Source of the DNA: Candidatus Woesearchaeota archaeon | GTDB taxonomy: Archaea > Nanobdellota > Nanobdellia > Woesearchaeales > UBA9989 | DNA length: 64,000 nt | Assembly (NCBI GenBank): GCA_013329045.1 | Contig: DUKZ01000038.1 | Location: 126,294-190,293 of the forward strand | Direction of reading: 5' to 3' | Shown here: piece by piece, positions 34,761 through 44,409 of the stretch | Layout of the letters: every line of letters starts with the position of its first letter | Numbering within the stretch: the first letter of the stretch is position 1 | The notes under the pieces: model-generated | Seen by the model: only the letters and a program-made list of their open reading frames with translations | Told to the model about the DNA's origin: nothing | The model's database searches: none | Position numbers and translations under genes: made by a program

Positions 34761-35711
34761 TTATTCCTTCACCACAAAATTTGCCAGCAACGCCTGGACT
34801 TGCAAGAACTCATCACTCCCTTCTGTTATCCTAAACTCAATCTCGCCGCATTTGTCGATGAGATGGACTTTTCTTCTCTCCGGGATATCAAGATCCCAAA
34901 TGACTCGCTCAATTTGCTTGACAACATCAAGGCCGGAAAGGCCGTACTTGAGCATAACATCGAGAAGAGCTGATCTTGCCTCGAGGAATTTTCCCTGCAT
35001 GGCAAGAGAAAGAGCTTCGCCAATTTCCTTTGGCCTGGCAACAGCAGCAATCGAGTAAATGTCGTTCTCATCAATATTCTTCTTTAAAGCAGCGCAGGAC
35101 TGAAGGATATTTTCCATCTTCCTGCAGTCTCCCTCACTGACGATGAATAAGGCTTCTTTTGCCTGCCTATCTGCGCTGAGCCCCTCTTTTGCGATGATCT
35201 CATCTAGTATCTCAAATATCTCAGACTTTTCCAGCGGCTTGAAGCGAAAAACAGCGCATCTGCTCTGAATCGGATCTATGATCTTGGAAGAATAATTACA
35301 AGAGAGCACAAAACGAGTTGTCTGGGTGTAGTTCTCCATCGTCCTCCTGAGAGCTTGCTGGGCTTCTCTTGTCAAGGCGTCACATTCATCCAGAAAGATA
35401 ATCTTGAAAGGGACATTCTCCATCGCCCTTGTTCTCGCAAAATCCTTTACCTTATTCCTGATCACATCAATGCCGCGCTCATCTGACGCGTTGAGCTCAA
35501 GAAAACTCTGGTGCCAAATCTCCCCATAGAGCTGCTTTGCGATGACTAACGCCAGAGATGACTTTCCAACGCCAGCTGGCCCTGCAAAGAGGACATGAGG
35601 CATATTCTTTTCCCGGACAAAAGCCTTGCAGCGCTTGACGATCTCCTTTTGACCCTTTATCCCGCTAAAATCAACAGGACGATACTTTTCCGTCCAGATC
35701 GTGCTCGCCAT
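34761..35711 (-). CDS. rfcS: replication factor C small subunit
   Basis: WTEKYRP, GPAGVGKS (Walker A), FLDECD, SRC motif (IQSRCAVFRF). Confidence 0.93.
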   Translation of the reverse strand: MASTIWTEKYRPVDFSGIKGQKEIVKRCKAFVREKNMPHVLFAGPAGVGKSSLALVIAKQLYGEIWHQSFLELNASDERGIDVIRNKVKDFARTRAMENVPFKIIFLDECDALTREAQQALRRTMENYTQTTRFVLSCNYSSKIIDPIQSRCAVFRFKPLEKSEIFEILDEIIAKEGLSADRQAKEALFIVSEGDCRKMENILQSCAALKKNIDENDIYSIAAVARPKEIGEALSLAMQGKFLEARSALLDVMLKYGLSGLDVVKQIERVIWDLDIPERRKVHLIDKCGEIEFRITEGSDEFLQVQALLANFVVKE

Positions 35712-35751
35712 ATACTAAAGAAATCAACAGCTCTTAAAAGCTTTTTGCAAA

Positions 35752-36099
35752 TCACTTCTTTGCTTTTGGCTTTTTTGCAGGGGCTGGCTTTTCATCCTTT
35801 TTCTTCACTGTCTGGATCTTCTTTGGCTTGACCTTTTCTTTTGTGCCTTTTTCTTTCTTCTTCTTTTCTTCGACAATAAATCCTGCCTTCTTTAATTCCG
35901 CCACTACTTTTTCATGAGAAGCATCCTTATCAATCGCTGCCTTCTTGTTCACCGGCTCGAGATGGCGCTTATTGCACTTCTTCCTTCTCGTGCCTCCATC
36001 AATCATGACGAAGATATCATCAACCTTCTGGATTATGATACAGAACTTGCCAGCGTCCCTCCCTGCCGTCTTCACACAAATATCACCCACTTCAAACAT
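35752..36099 (-). CDS. rpl14e: 50S ribosomal protein L14e with Lys-rich C-terminal tail
   Basis: KOW-like MFEVGDICVKTAGRDAGKFCIIIQKVDDIFVMIDGG..RKKCNKRHLEP. Confidence 0.85.
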   Translation of the reverse strand: MFEVGDICVKTAGRDAGKFCIIIQKVDDIFVMIDGGTRRKKCNKRHLEPVNKKAAIDKDASHEKVVAELKKAGFIVEEKKKKEKGTKEKVKPKKIQTVKKKDEKPAPAKKPKAKK

Positions 36100-36364
36100 C
36101 CTTCCTCACCTTCCTGACTATCTCTTTTTTTAAGCATGCCGCGCAGAGGACACCACCATAGGGGCGCTCTGGCCTTTTGAGCGTCTTTGGAAGCCTTCTC
36201 ATCTCAACTGCCCTCCTGTTTGGGACTCCCCCAAGGGTATTCCCACAGACTCCACAGAGAGCCTTTCCTGGCTTTTTCTTCTTGAACGTGATTATGGTTT
36301 TTCCACCAGGCATCCTTTTTGCCACCTTTTTTACTGAGGTTGAACGATTATGTCTTTGTACCAT
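36092..36364 (-). CDS. rpl34e: 50S ribosomal protein L34e
   Basis: RHNRSTSVKKVAKRMPGGKTIITFKKKKPGKALCGVCGNTLGGVP. Confidence 0.88.
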   Translation of the reverse strand: MVQRHNRSTSVKKVAKRMPGGKTIITFKKKKPGKALCGVCGNTLGGVPNRRAVEMRRLPKTLKRPERPYGGVLCAACLKKEIVRKVRKDV

Positions 36365-36484
36365 TCTCTTTGCAAATGCTGAGTTGTTTAAAAAGGTTAC
36401 TGTATTATCATTGGTGTGTTACTACCCCCTAAAGAGGGGAATTATGTGACTTTGCAACAATATACCTAGCTGGCATTAGTGTGA

Positions 36485-37219
36485 TTATGCCAAATTGAGG
36501 ATCTTCCTTAGCGCCATGCTGAAGACCAATGAGAAGATGATATACGTACCAAGCCAGCCAAATGTCTTTTTTCCGATCATAAACATGACCGTATTCTTAT
36601 TGTTGATTGTGATTGTCTGCACGGTCTTATCCTTCACTATCTCTGAGGGCTTTGCATACTCTTTTCCCTGCGTGATAATAAGGTCGTGGCTATAAGTCTT
36701 ATCCGCGATACCAAAATCCAGAATATACTCTCCCTCTTTTCCCTTTCCCTTCATGACTGCATTCTTCCCTTCTTCTGTAAAATTCTGGATAACGTCTATT
36801 CCTGGCGGCGGGTTGAATTCTACTGGAAGCACCTGGTCCTTGAATGCGATCGTCACTGAGAATTCCTGATCTGGAAGTATCGGTTCATAGGCGAGATGGC
36901 CGCCGAGCCAGGCAAAAATGAGAATGATCGGGATGAATGTCACAAATGTGGGCTTCATGGAGTGAGACATGTACTTCATGTTTGCTTCCATAGCACTCTT
37001 TTGAATCTCCATGAGCTTTTTTGGATTATCACGATGCTCTCTCATGCGTTTCTGGTCATCTTTCATTTTATCCCGAAGCTCCTTCATGAGCTTTTGGTCA
37101 GTCATCCACTTGTACACATACGTGATCAGCACAGAAACAAGAAAAGAGACGAGGATAATAGCAAGAATAGGGGAGATCTTGAGCAATGGACTAAATAACC
37201 AGTCAATAATCACAACCAT
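36485..37219 (-). CDS. DUF106/EMC3-like (archaeal YidC/Oxa1-type) membrane insertase with ~100-aa extracytoplasmic insert
   Basis: TM1, then a basic coiled coil (KLMKELRDKMKDDQKRMREHRDNPKKLMEIQK), then TM2, as in the Mj0480 family. It occupies the conserved position downstream of secY. An extra soluble block sits between TM2 and the last TM. Confidence 0.72.
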   Translation of the reverse strand: MVVIIDWLFSPLLKISPILAIILVSFLVSVLITYVYKWMTDQKLMKELRDKMKDDQKRMREHRDNPKKLMEIQKSAMEANMKYMSHSMKPTFVTFIPIILIFAWLGGHLAYEPILPDQEFSVTIAFKDQVLPVEFNPPPGIDVIQNFTEEGKNAVMKGKGKEGEYILDFGIADKTYSHDLIITQGKEYAKPSEIVKDKTVQTITINNKNTVMFMIGKKTFGWLGTYIIFSLVFSMALRKILNLA

Positions 37220-37243
37220 CTTTTTTTCACTTCACCTTTTCTC

Positions 37244-38674
37244 TCAATGCTCCATAAATTTCCTGAGCATTGGATTCATGTCCATCATGTGCTGCTGAGC
37301 GATCTCCTCATACAGCTTGTACACAATCATCACTGCCAAGAGAATACCAGTTCCCCTCGATAATGCTCCACTGAGATCAGCTACTCCTGCGAGGAATCCA
37401 ACAGCTAACCCCCCCATCACCGTCAAAGGCCAGATGTAGCGCTCAAGAAGCCTCTCCAAGACACGCTGATCCCTTCTAAACCCTGGAATCTGCAAGCCAG
37501 AAGACATCATCTGCTTTGCCTGGGACTCCGCATCCATCCCAGATGTCTGCACCCAAAAAATAGAAAAAATAACTGAGCCAACCATCATGATGAGCAAGTA
37601 GATGAGAGCATTTGTGATAATGAGTGAATTCAAGCTTCCTTTTATTATCGCTCCAACAATATCCTGCCCTTGAATGACTGCAACAAGCCCTCCTGTCGGA
37701 GAGCCAGCAGAAGTGAACTGCCCAAGGAAATGAACGGAGAGCCAATACAAGAACCCAGCGGTCTTTCCTGCAACTGCATTTTGCAATAGCCTTGCCCACA
37801 ACTGAATATTTGCCAAAAGGGCTGCAACAAGAATGACTGGAATATTTGATGTGTACATAAAAGAAAGGGGCCATCTGATGCCATGCCCCCTGATCCTTCC
37901 AAAAGAGAGCGGGATTTCAACCTTCATTGCCTGGGCATAGACTGCCATCATGAACACGAGGATTGTTGCCACGAGTGATGCGATCATCAAGAGAGCATTT
38001 TGCACATTTCCCTGACTGAGGCTCACGAATAATGCAGGAATTGCCCCAGCCGGCATCCCTGGATTTGCGGGTGATGCAAGCCAGCTGAATGACCTGACGA
38101 ACAACTCTTCACCCACACCTGCGGCGATGAACAAAGAGATACCTGAACCAAAGCCCCATTTTGAGATGATCTCATCCATAAACATGATGAGAACACCACC
38201 CACAAACAACTGCAAGATCAGCAGTATCTGAAGCTGGACAAACAAAGATGTTCCTCTCAGTTCTGGTATTGGGGAGAGGCCTCCCATGAGCACGTAGATT
38301 GTCCCTTCAAAAAGAATAAAAAAGAATGACAATAATTTCTGGATCCCCTGGAAGCGCTTTTTGCCTTCTGTAGAGGTGAGATCAAACTTCACGATCCCCG
38401 AGCCATTGAGCAGCTGCAACACGATCGATGATGTCACCAACGGACCAATACCAAGAGAAATGAGGCTACCAAATTTTGCCCCAAGAATAATTGAGAGAAA
38501 CTCAAACTGCTCCAAAGCGTTTTGGCCAAGACCAAAGAGCGGGATTAAGCCCAATGCAAAAAAGAACAATAACGTGATGAGAGTCCACTTTAGCTTCTCC
38601 TTAAATGAGAGCCGCTTTTGTGTCGGACCAGCGACTTCTGGCAGGTTTGTTAGTATGGTATCAAAAAAACTCAT
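37244..38674 (-). CDS. secY: preprotein translocase subunit SecY
   Basis: 10-TM SecY/Sec61-alpha pattern. Start at MSFFDTILTNLPEV (ATG 38674), overlapping the L15 stop as ATGA. Confidence 0.94.
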   Translation of the reverse strand: MSFFDTILTNLPEVAGPTQKRLSFKEKLKWTLITLLFFFALGLIPLFGLGQNALEQFEFLSIILGAKFGSLISLGIGPLVTSSIVLQLLNGSGIVKFDLTSTEGKKRFQGIQKLLSFFFILFEGTIYVLMGGLSPIPELRGTSLFVQLQILLILQLFVGGVLIMFMDEIISKWGFGSGISLFIAAGVGEELFVRSFSWLASPANPGMPAGAIPALFVSLSQGNVQNALLMIASLVATILVFMMAVYAQAMKVEIPLSFGRIRGHGIRWPLSFMYTSNIPVILVAALLANIQLWARLLQNAVAGKTAGFLYWLSVHFLGQFTSAGSPTGGLVAVIQGQDIVGAIIKGSLNSLIITNALIYLLIMMVGSVIFSIFWVQTSGMDAESQAKQMMSSGLQIPGFRRDQRVLERLLERYIWPLTVMGGLAVGFLAGVADLSGALSRGTGILLAVMIVYKLYEEIAQQHMMDMNPMLRKFMEH

Positions 38675-39093
38675 TGTGTTTCTTCTATTTGTGCAATGAC
38701 ATTGACGCTGCATCCAGCATTCTTAAGCTTTTCGACAGCTTTTTTTGATGCATTGTACACCGTCACACTCACCTTTTTCGTTACCTGGCCTCTGCCGAGG
38801 AGCTTATCAACCTTGAGCTTTGAGAGGTCGATGGCATCCTTCACCCCCGCTTTCTCACAATATTTCATGAGATCATCAATATTCCATGAAACAAGCACTG
38901 CTTTTTGCCTGTTTACGAATCCGGACTTGCCAAGAGGCTTTTTCAGGTGCCAGATGCTTGGCCTTTTTGTGGAAGCACGCTTTCCCGTCCCGGCATTGCC
39001 AGATCCTCCCTTGTTTCCTTTTCCCCGGTGCTTCTTCATCGAACCCCAGCCGTGGGTCGTGGAGCCTCTCTTACGGTTGGACTTTTTTTTCAT
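38671..39093 (-). CDS. rpl15: 50S ribosomal protein L15 (uL15)
   Basis: RKRGSTTHGWGSMKKHRGKGNKGGSGNAG; conserved position upstream of secY. Confidence 0.93.
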   Translation of the reverse strand: MKKKSNRKRGSTTHGWGSMKKHRGKGNKGGSGNAGTGKRASTKRPSIWHLKKPLGKSGFVNRQKAVLVSWNIDDLMKYCEKAGVKDAIDLSKLKVDKLLGRGQVTKKVSVTVYNASKKAVEKLKNAGCSVNVIAQIEETQ

Positions 39094-39094
39094 C

Positions 39095-39529
39095 TTACAT
39101 CATTACCTTGATTAGCGAATCCATCTCTTCCCTTCTTCCAAGCGCCCCGCCCTGGTTTACTCCCCTCTTGATCCTCCCAAAACCGCCTTTTGGGTTATTC
39201 AGGTGGAAGTAGGGCTTGATCTTTTTCCCATCAATCTCCTTGAACTTATTATAGGCAATCTTACCTCTGCTGTCAGTTGTGCGATCATTAAATGGCTGGG
39301 CCCGCTTCTTTATGAGCTCCGCATACATCTCTTTTGTGATAGGTCCAAACGTGATGACGTGCTGGACTTTTCTCATCATCCCAAGCGTTGATGGAGTTGC
39401 CTCATAGACCACGCAGGTGTTTTTCTTATCCATCCTCAGCATGTGCAATGTATCCTTCACTTCCTTTGGCAGATTGATCATGCCCCGAATGAGGATTGCC
39501 GCAACAAGCGGCTTTTCTTCTTTACCCAT
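39095..39529 (-). CDS. rpl30: 50S ribosomal protein L30 (uL30)
   Basis: LVAAILIRGMINLPKEVKDTLHMLRM; operon position. Confidence 0.92.
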   Translation of the reverse strand: MGKEEKPLVAAILIRGMINLPKEVKDTLHMLRMDKKNTCVVYEATPSTLGMMRKVQHVITFGPITKEMYAELIKKRAQPFNDRTTDSRGKIAYNKFKEIDGKKIKPYFHLNNPKGGFGRIKRGVNQGGALGRREEMDSLIKVMM

Positions 39530-40427
39530 TTTTCACCTGCTCGATGAATGCCTGGTCCTGCGCTGCGGAAAGAGGTCCCTCAGTAATACTCAACTGAGTG
39601 ATATGCACTGACTTGATCTTCACCTTCATGAGCTTCTTTAATGCATCCTCACATGCTTTTATGAGATTGAGCTTTGTCTTTGTGCTGCCTTTTGTCTTTG
39701 ACCATATATCCTTTATGCCTGAGAGGGCAAGCATCTTTGCGCATTCCTTCTCAACACAAAGGCCAGTTCCTTGAGGAGCTGGCATGAGCGTGATCTCTAC
39801 TGAGCCACACTTGCCTTTGACCTTAAATGGGATTGAATGAGACTCTGTAGATGCATCTTCCCATGAACCAGCACCTCTCCTGATCTTGAAAATGTTGAGC
39901 TTTGCATTCCTGATTGCCTTTTCTCTTGCAGGAACAGTCTCTTTTGCTTTTCCATATCCTATTCCTATATGACCGTTCCTGTCACCAACGACACATACCG
40001 TCGCAAAGTGGGGCTTGTTGCCCTCCGCAGTCTTTTTTTGCGTCTGCTTAAAGACACGCCTCTGACCACCGCCAAATTTTCCTTTTGCCTGGCCAATTGC
40101 CAGCAGCTCAGATTCCAATGACGGCATGAGCATGTCAATAATCTGCGCCTCCATGATCGGTTTTCCCTGATCAAGGATCTCGTCAACATTCTTGATTGCC
40201 CCTTCGAGAACCAAACGACCAAGCGATGTCTTTGGCTTCCAGGTAACAACATCTTCTTTTGGTGCAATGTCCCTTGCTTCAGCAGAATCCTCAGTGACAA
40301 CTTTCTTGAGGTCTTCTTCTTCCTTTCTTGCCTCTTCTTTTGGCACCTCAACATCTATCTTAATGTCTTCTTCTGTCTCTTCTGCTTCAACTTTCTCTTC
40401 TTCTATTTTTTTCTTAGCCATTTTCAA
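39522..40427 (-). CDS. rps5: 30S ribosomal protein S5 (uS5) with ~70-aa acidic/Lys N-terminal extension
   Basis: S5 dsRBD and C-terminal domain (GQRRVFKQTQKKTAEGNKPHFATVCVVGDRNGHIGIGYGKA). Confidence 0.93.
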   Translation of the reverse strand: MKMAKKKIEEEKVEAEETEEDIKIDVEVPKEEARKEEEDLKKVVTEDSAEARDIAPKEDVVTWKPKTSLGRLVLEGAIKNVDEILDQGKPIMEAQIIDMLMPSLESELLAIGQAKGKFGGGQRRVFKQTQKKTAEGNKPHFATVCVVGDRNGHIGIGYGKAKETVPAREKAIRNAKLNIFKIRRGAGSWEDASTESHSIPFKVKGKCGSVEITLMPAPQGTGLCVEKECAKMLALSGIKDIWSKTKGSTKTKLNLIKACEDALKKLMKVKIKSVHITQLSITEGPLSAAQDQAFIEQVKNG

Positions 40428-40968
40428 GTATCTTCTTCTTCAATGCTTCAACCTGCTTTGGGAGGTCATCTGCCTTGAGGTTTTCTTTGTTGTATCGTGA
40501 AAAATTGTTCGGGTTCTTTTTTGCAATGGCAGCAATATGCTTTCCTTCAAGCCTCTCTTGTCTTGGAAACATAACATCCTTCGCATTCACTTCTATGCCC
40601 GCATCAATGATCCCCTTGATCGTCCCGTAGAGCCGTGAGCCTTTCGTGGATGGATAAAACCAGATGTCCACGACACCATCCTCCTGTTTTGCCTGCTTCA
40701 TCTTTTTTCCGAACAAGATACCAATCAGATAACACGCTGGAATACTGTTGCTGCGGTATTTCCAGCCCATCTTCTCAATATCATGCGATGATGCACACAA
40801 GAGGACCTTGTCACCTTTCTCTGTATACTGAACAAGCTGAACATTCATGCTCTTGAGCGATTTCCTGATGACTATCCTTGGTTTCTTGGAGAGAACAAGC
40901 TTGAGCCTTTTCTTATAGTCTGTCCTTCCTTTCTGCTTTCTCTTATAGGGAACGAATACTCTTGCCAT
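40414..40968 (-). CDS. rpl18: 50S ribosomal protein L18 (uL18)
   Basis: RKQKGRTDYKKRLKLVLSKKPRIVIRKSLKSMNVQLV. Confidence 0.93.
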   Translation of the reverse strand: MARVFVPYKRKQKGRTDYKKRLKLVLSKKPRIVIRKSLKSMNVQLVQYTEKGDKVLLCASSHDIEKMGWKYRSNSIPACYLIGILFGKKMKQAKQEDGVVDIWFYPSTKGSRLYGTIKGIIDAGIEVNAKDVMFPRQERLEGKHIAAIAKKNPNNFSRYNKENLKADDLPKQVEALKKKILENG

Positions 40969-40970
40969 GC

Positions 40971-41408
40971 CTACTTCCTCTCCTTTAAGTACAGTTGAAT
41001 GTGCCTTTTGCTCCTGAAAAATCCGCCTTTGACCTTCAGATACAACTCTTTATACAGTTTAGCATCAATCTCCTTTTTTTCCTTGAGCTCTTTTAGAAGG
41101 GTCCTTTGCGCCCTTACTGCATTCATCCAGCGCTCTTTTCTTGGGAGCCGGGCATATTTTGCACCCTGCCGGTTGCCATACCCTTTTCCTCTTCCCTTCC
41201 TCTTTTGCACCTTTGCCTTTTTTGCACGGTGCTTGGATACCCCTCTCTTTTGCACCTTCTTGATAGCTTTATCCCTGATTAATCCTGACACATCAGCCTT
41301 TGTAATGGACTCCTTAATCTCCTCTAGCCTTGCCGGATCAAACTTGATCCTTTTTCCTGAGCTCTTCAATATTGATGCTGCGAGCCTTCGCTGATGTTTG
41401 AGTTCCAT
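40971..41408 (-). CDS. rpl19e: 50S ribosomal protein L19e
   Basis: QRRLAASILKSSGKRIKFDP...RAKKAKVQKRKGRGKGYGNRQGAK. Confidence 0.93.
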   Translation of the reverse strand: MELKHQRRLAASILKSSGKRIKFDPARLEEIKESITKADVSGLIRDKAIKKVQKRGVSKHRAKKAKVQKRKGRGKGYGNRQGAKYARLPRKERWMNAVRAQRTLLKELKEKKEIDAKLYKELYLKVKGGFFRSKRHIQLYLKERK

Positions 41409-41425
41409 TGCCTATTACCTTCTGA

Positions 41426-42031
41426 TTATACCTTCTTTATGAGGAATTTATCCTTCTCTTTCTTTTCCTCTTCTTTCTTCTCTTCTGGTGAGGGTTCTTC
41501 TTGCTTTGCTTCCTCTTTCTTCTTCTCTTCGACAGCTTTCTTCTTTGACTCCTGCTCTTTCTTCTTCTCTTCTTCCTTTTTCTTTTCTTCCACTGCCTTT
41601 TTCTTTTGCTGTCTTGCTGCCAGGCCCTCTTTTACCTTTTGCAGGAATCCTGCCGGATTTTTGATATTGACAATCGCGATATTCTTCTTGATGAGCTCCT
41701 CAATCAACACTACCTTGTTCTTTTGACCCACCTTGCCAATAATGGCCGCGTGTTTTTCTGCATCAAGGAACCTTATTTGTGAGAGCGATTCGACCTTTAT
41801 GAGCTCTGCATCTTTTGCTGTCCTATTCCTTGTTGCTTTTGGGGTCCTATACCCTGTCTTGACAACCTTCCCATATCCTTTCTTCTCCAATCGTATCTTG
41901 GAGTCCATCCCTCTTGGCTTTCTCCAGCTCTCCTTCAGTCGAACCTTCTTATGAGCATCCTGTCTTTTGAACTTTGGATTCTTTCGAACCTTCTGCTTCT
42001 TTACTTCCCACTGTTTTTGGTACTCGCTCAT
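41426..42031 (-). CDS. rpl32e: 50S ribosomal protein L32e with K/E-repeat C-terminal tail
   Basis: KFKRQDAHKKVRLKESWRKPRGMDSKIR. The tail contains a duplicated KKKAVEEKKKEE unit. Confidence 0.92.
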   Translation of the reverse strand: MSEYQKQWEVKKQKVRKNPKFKRQDAHKKVRLKESWRKPRGMDSKIRLEKKGYGKVVKTGYRTPKATRNRTAKDAELIKVESLSQIRFLDAEKHAAIIGKVGQKNKVVLIEELIKKNIAIVNIKNPAGFLQKVKEGLAARQQKKKAVEEKKKEEEKKKEQESKKKAVEEKKKEEAKQEEPSPEEKKEEEKKEKDKFLIKKV

Positions 42032-42603
42032 CTGGTCTCCCTGCCCGGTTTTTGTGTGATAAATATGCCATCCTGGAATATCCTTCTGTCCCTGTTGGTG
42101 ATCCTGCAGGTCTGCTCGATTAGCGCTGCTGTCTGGCCGACAACATCGCGCTCGATGCCCGTTACCGTAATATCATTTGCATCAATCTTTACTTCAACGC
42201 CTTTTGGAACAGAGCATGTCCTTGGCTTCTTTTCACCAAGGAAGTTCTTTATGACAACCATATTATTCTGGAGTGCGATATTCATCGGGAAATGAGCTGC
42301 TACAGCTTTCATCTTGTACTCATACCCATCAGTTACCCCACGGAACATATTCTTGATTAAGGCTTTGTATGTTCCCGCGATCGCCTTATTTTTCCTTCCT
42401 GTCTTGTCTGAACTGATAATCACCTTGCCATCAGCGATGCTGAGCGTTGCCAGCGGGTGGGAGAGGAGCTTTTTTACTTCTCCTTTCTTTCCTTTGACTG
42501 TCATGACGCCATCCTGGAACGATGCTGTTATACCTTCAGGTATGACAACCTCACTTCTGATCCCTTTTGGCTTTTCTTTCTTCATCTTAGTAGCAATAGG
42601 CAA
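42028..42603 (-). CDS. rpl6: 50S ribosomal protein L6 (uL6)
   Basis: Two-domain L6 pattern (VVIPEGITASFQDGVMTVKGKKGEV...); operon position. Confidence 0.93.
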   Translation of the reverse strand: MPIATKMKKEKPKGIRSEVVIPEGITASFQDGVMTVKGKKGEVKKLLSHPLATLSIADGKVIISSDKTGRKNKAIAGTYKALIKNMFRGVTDGYEYKMKAVAAHFPMNIALQNNMVVIKNFLGEKKPRTCSVPKGVEVKIDANDITVTGIERDVVGQTAALIEQTCRITNRDRRIFQDGIFITQKPGRETR

Positions 42604-42979
42604 TCAAACGTCCGCCAATCCCCTTCTCTTTTGCCTGCTGATGCGTCATCAACCCATTGGTAGTAGAGAGGATAAGGATGCCAAAACTCTTTGCTGGCAG
42701 GTATCTTTTCTCGAACTTCTCGAAGTCCTCCTTCTTTATCGCATACCTTGGCTTTATAGCACCGCAATTATTGATCTTCCCCAGGAGGCTGAGAGTCAAT
42801 CTTATTCCCTGGCTTGCCTGCACTTCCTGTGCATCACCAGTGTAGTCATTATCCTTGAGCAGTTTTAGCACTTTCTTGATCAGCACTGAGACAGGGCTGA
42901 TCTCTACTGCCTGCTTGTTTGCCCTTTCTGCATTGAGCATCTTTGACATACAGTTTGCGAGTGAGTCGTTCATTACCAT
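42587..42979 (-). CDS. rps8: 30S ribosomal protein S8 (uS8)
   Basis: MVMNDSLANCMSKMLNAERANKQAVEI... Start trimmed to ATG 42979, just after the S14 stop. Confidence 0.92.
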   Translation of the reverse strand: MVMNDSLANCMSKMLNAERANKQAVEISPVSVLIKKVLKLLKDNDYTGDAQEVQASQGIRLTLSLLGKINNCGAIKPRYAIKKEDFEKFEKRYLPAKSFGILILSTTNGLMTHQQAKEKGIGGRLIAYCY

Positions 42980-42980
42980 T

Positions 42981-43211
42981 TTAGTTGTATTTTTTGAATC
43001 CGAGTTTTGTTGCGATTTCCCTGAAGCACTGCCTGCACAAGTGGAGGCCATACTGCTTAATGTGAGCGCCAGTCCTTCCACACCTGCCGCACTTGAACTT
43101 ATTAATGCCGCAGCTTCGATCCTTTGGCTCATTGTGTTTCAGGTATTTCTTCATCACAGCCGGCTTTGCCTTGAGCTGCTTGAGCATCTTCTTGTGATCA
43201 CTTGTGGTCAT
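42981..43211 (-). CDS. rps14: 30S ribosomal protein S14 (uS14, zinc-ribbon type)
   Basis: [25 protein letters not shown]. Confidence 0.9.
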   Translation of the reverse strand: MTTSDHKKMLKQLKAKPAVMKKYLKHNEPKDRSCGINKFKCGRCGRTGAHIKQYGLHLCRQCFREIATKLGFKKYN

Positions 43212-43720
43212 TATACATCCACCTTCACGCCAAATTGAGCGGTCATGAACTCAATGGCTTCTTGTTTTGTAATCTTGTGGCCTTTTCCAAGAGGCCTTCT
43301 CAAATTCCTTCTTGACTTGACCCTATACCCTGGCCTTGTCAGGGTGACACTGACCTCAAAGCCCATGATGCCAAGATCAGGATCATATCTTACGTTTGGA
43401 ATATCAATATATTCCGGGATGCCAAAAGAGAGGTTGCCCATCGTATCAAACTGCCTTTCCTTGAGAATCTTTTCTTTTGATTCGAGCAATTGTCCGAGAA
43501 CCTCGATTGCTCTTGGCCCCCTCAAAGTGAGCTTGCACCCAATTGGCAAACCTGGCCTGAGCCCCCATTCCTGAATTCTTTTCTGCGTAATTGTCTTTAC
43601 CGGCGAGATGCCAGTGACGTGTTTTATGAGCTTGACACCCTTCTCGAGCAGCGCCTGGTCTTTTCCTGCGCCAAAATTCAGGGTTACTTTTTCCACACGG
43701 ATAGTCTTCATCTTATTCAT
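43211..43720 (-). CDS. rpl5: 50S ribosomal protein L5 (uL5)
   Basis: [14 protein letters not shown]...[12 protein letters not shown]...FGIPEYIDI. Confidence 0.93.
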   Translation of the reverse strand: MNKMKTIRVEKVTLNFGAGKDQALLEKGVKLIKHVTGISPVKTITQKRIQEWGLRPGLPIGCKLTLRGPRAIEVLGQLLESKEKILKERQFDTMGNLSFGIPEYIDIPNVRYDPDLGIMGFEVSVTLTRPGYRVKSRRNLRRPLGKGHKITKQEAIEFMTAQFGVKVDV

Positions 43721-44409
43721 TGTACCTTTATGACTGCCTTGTCTTTCCCAATGACAAATGCGTGCCCTCGCGCTGTCTGGAACTTTTTGTTTTCAGCATT
43801 CTTATACACAAGGATGCCCTCTTTTATCTCCTCTATCGTGCCCATATCCCCCATGTGCTTGCCTCCTGTCAGGAGGATCAATGACCCTTTTTCTAGAGGA
43901 AGATTCTGAGCCATCTTTTGGGAGGGAATGTCAATGACCACACTACTGCCTACCTTCACATCATTCTTCTGAACCATGATATTCCTCCCATCAGAGAGGT
44001 TGAGCTGCAGCATGCCTTTTTTCAAGACACTTTTTCCCGTGACCTTGCATACCTTCTTTCCTGCCTCCTTTTCTGGGATTTCAATGATGGCGAGTTTTCC
44101 TTTCTTATCCAGCACCAATCGGTATACCTTTCCGATCAAGGGGAGTGCTAGGACATCCATCAACCCAATGTTGTGGCGATGGTCATCCCTTATTACCTGG
44201 TCGACGAGCACCTGCTTTTGCGAAATAACATATTTCACTTCCTTGAGATTCTGGCAGATGCCAAGGTGCTCTTTGAGCACAACTGCGAGCGCGATTCCCT
44301 GATCATATGAATGAGCGCCGGGGTTTGGACGGGTGATGAACCTTGTTGTCTTTCTTGCAATGTTCCATGTCCTTGGGCTGGCGATCCTCTTCATCACTTG
44401 CTTTGTCAT
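43717..44409 (-). CDS. rps4e: 30S ribosomal protein S4e
   Basis: MKRIASPRTWNIARKTTRFITRPNPGAHS, followed by a KOW domain. Confidence 0.93.
   Translation of the reverse strand: MTKQVMKRIASPRTWNIARKTTRFITRPNPGAHSYDQGIALAVVLKEHLGICQNLKEVKYVISQKQVLVDQVIRDDHRHNIGLMDVLALPLIGKVYRLVLDKKGKLAIIEIPEKEAGKKVCKVTGKSVLKKGMLQLNLSDGRNIMVQKNDVKVGSSVVIDIPSQKMAQNLPLEKGSLILLTGGKHMGDMGTIEEIKEGILVYKNAENKKFQTARGHAFVIGKDKAVIKVQ

Noticed and set aside
41440-41640. Repetitive AAG/GAA-rich DNA that looks like a tandem repeat or a possible array.
   Set aside because: It is the coding sequence of the K/E-rich tail of L32e. There is no spacer/repeat periodicity, so it is not a CRISPR array. I saw no CRISPR-like array anywhere in the window.
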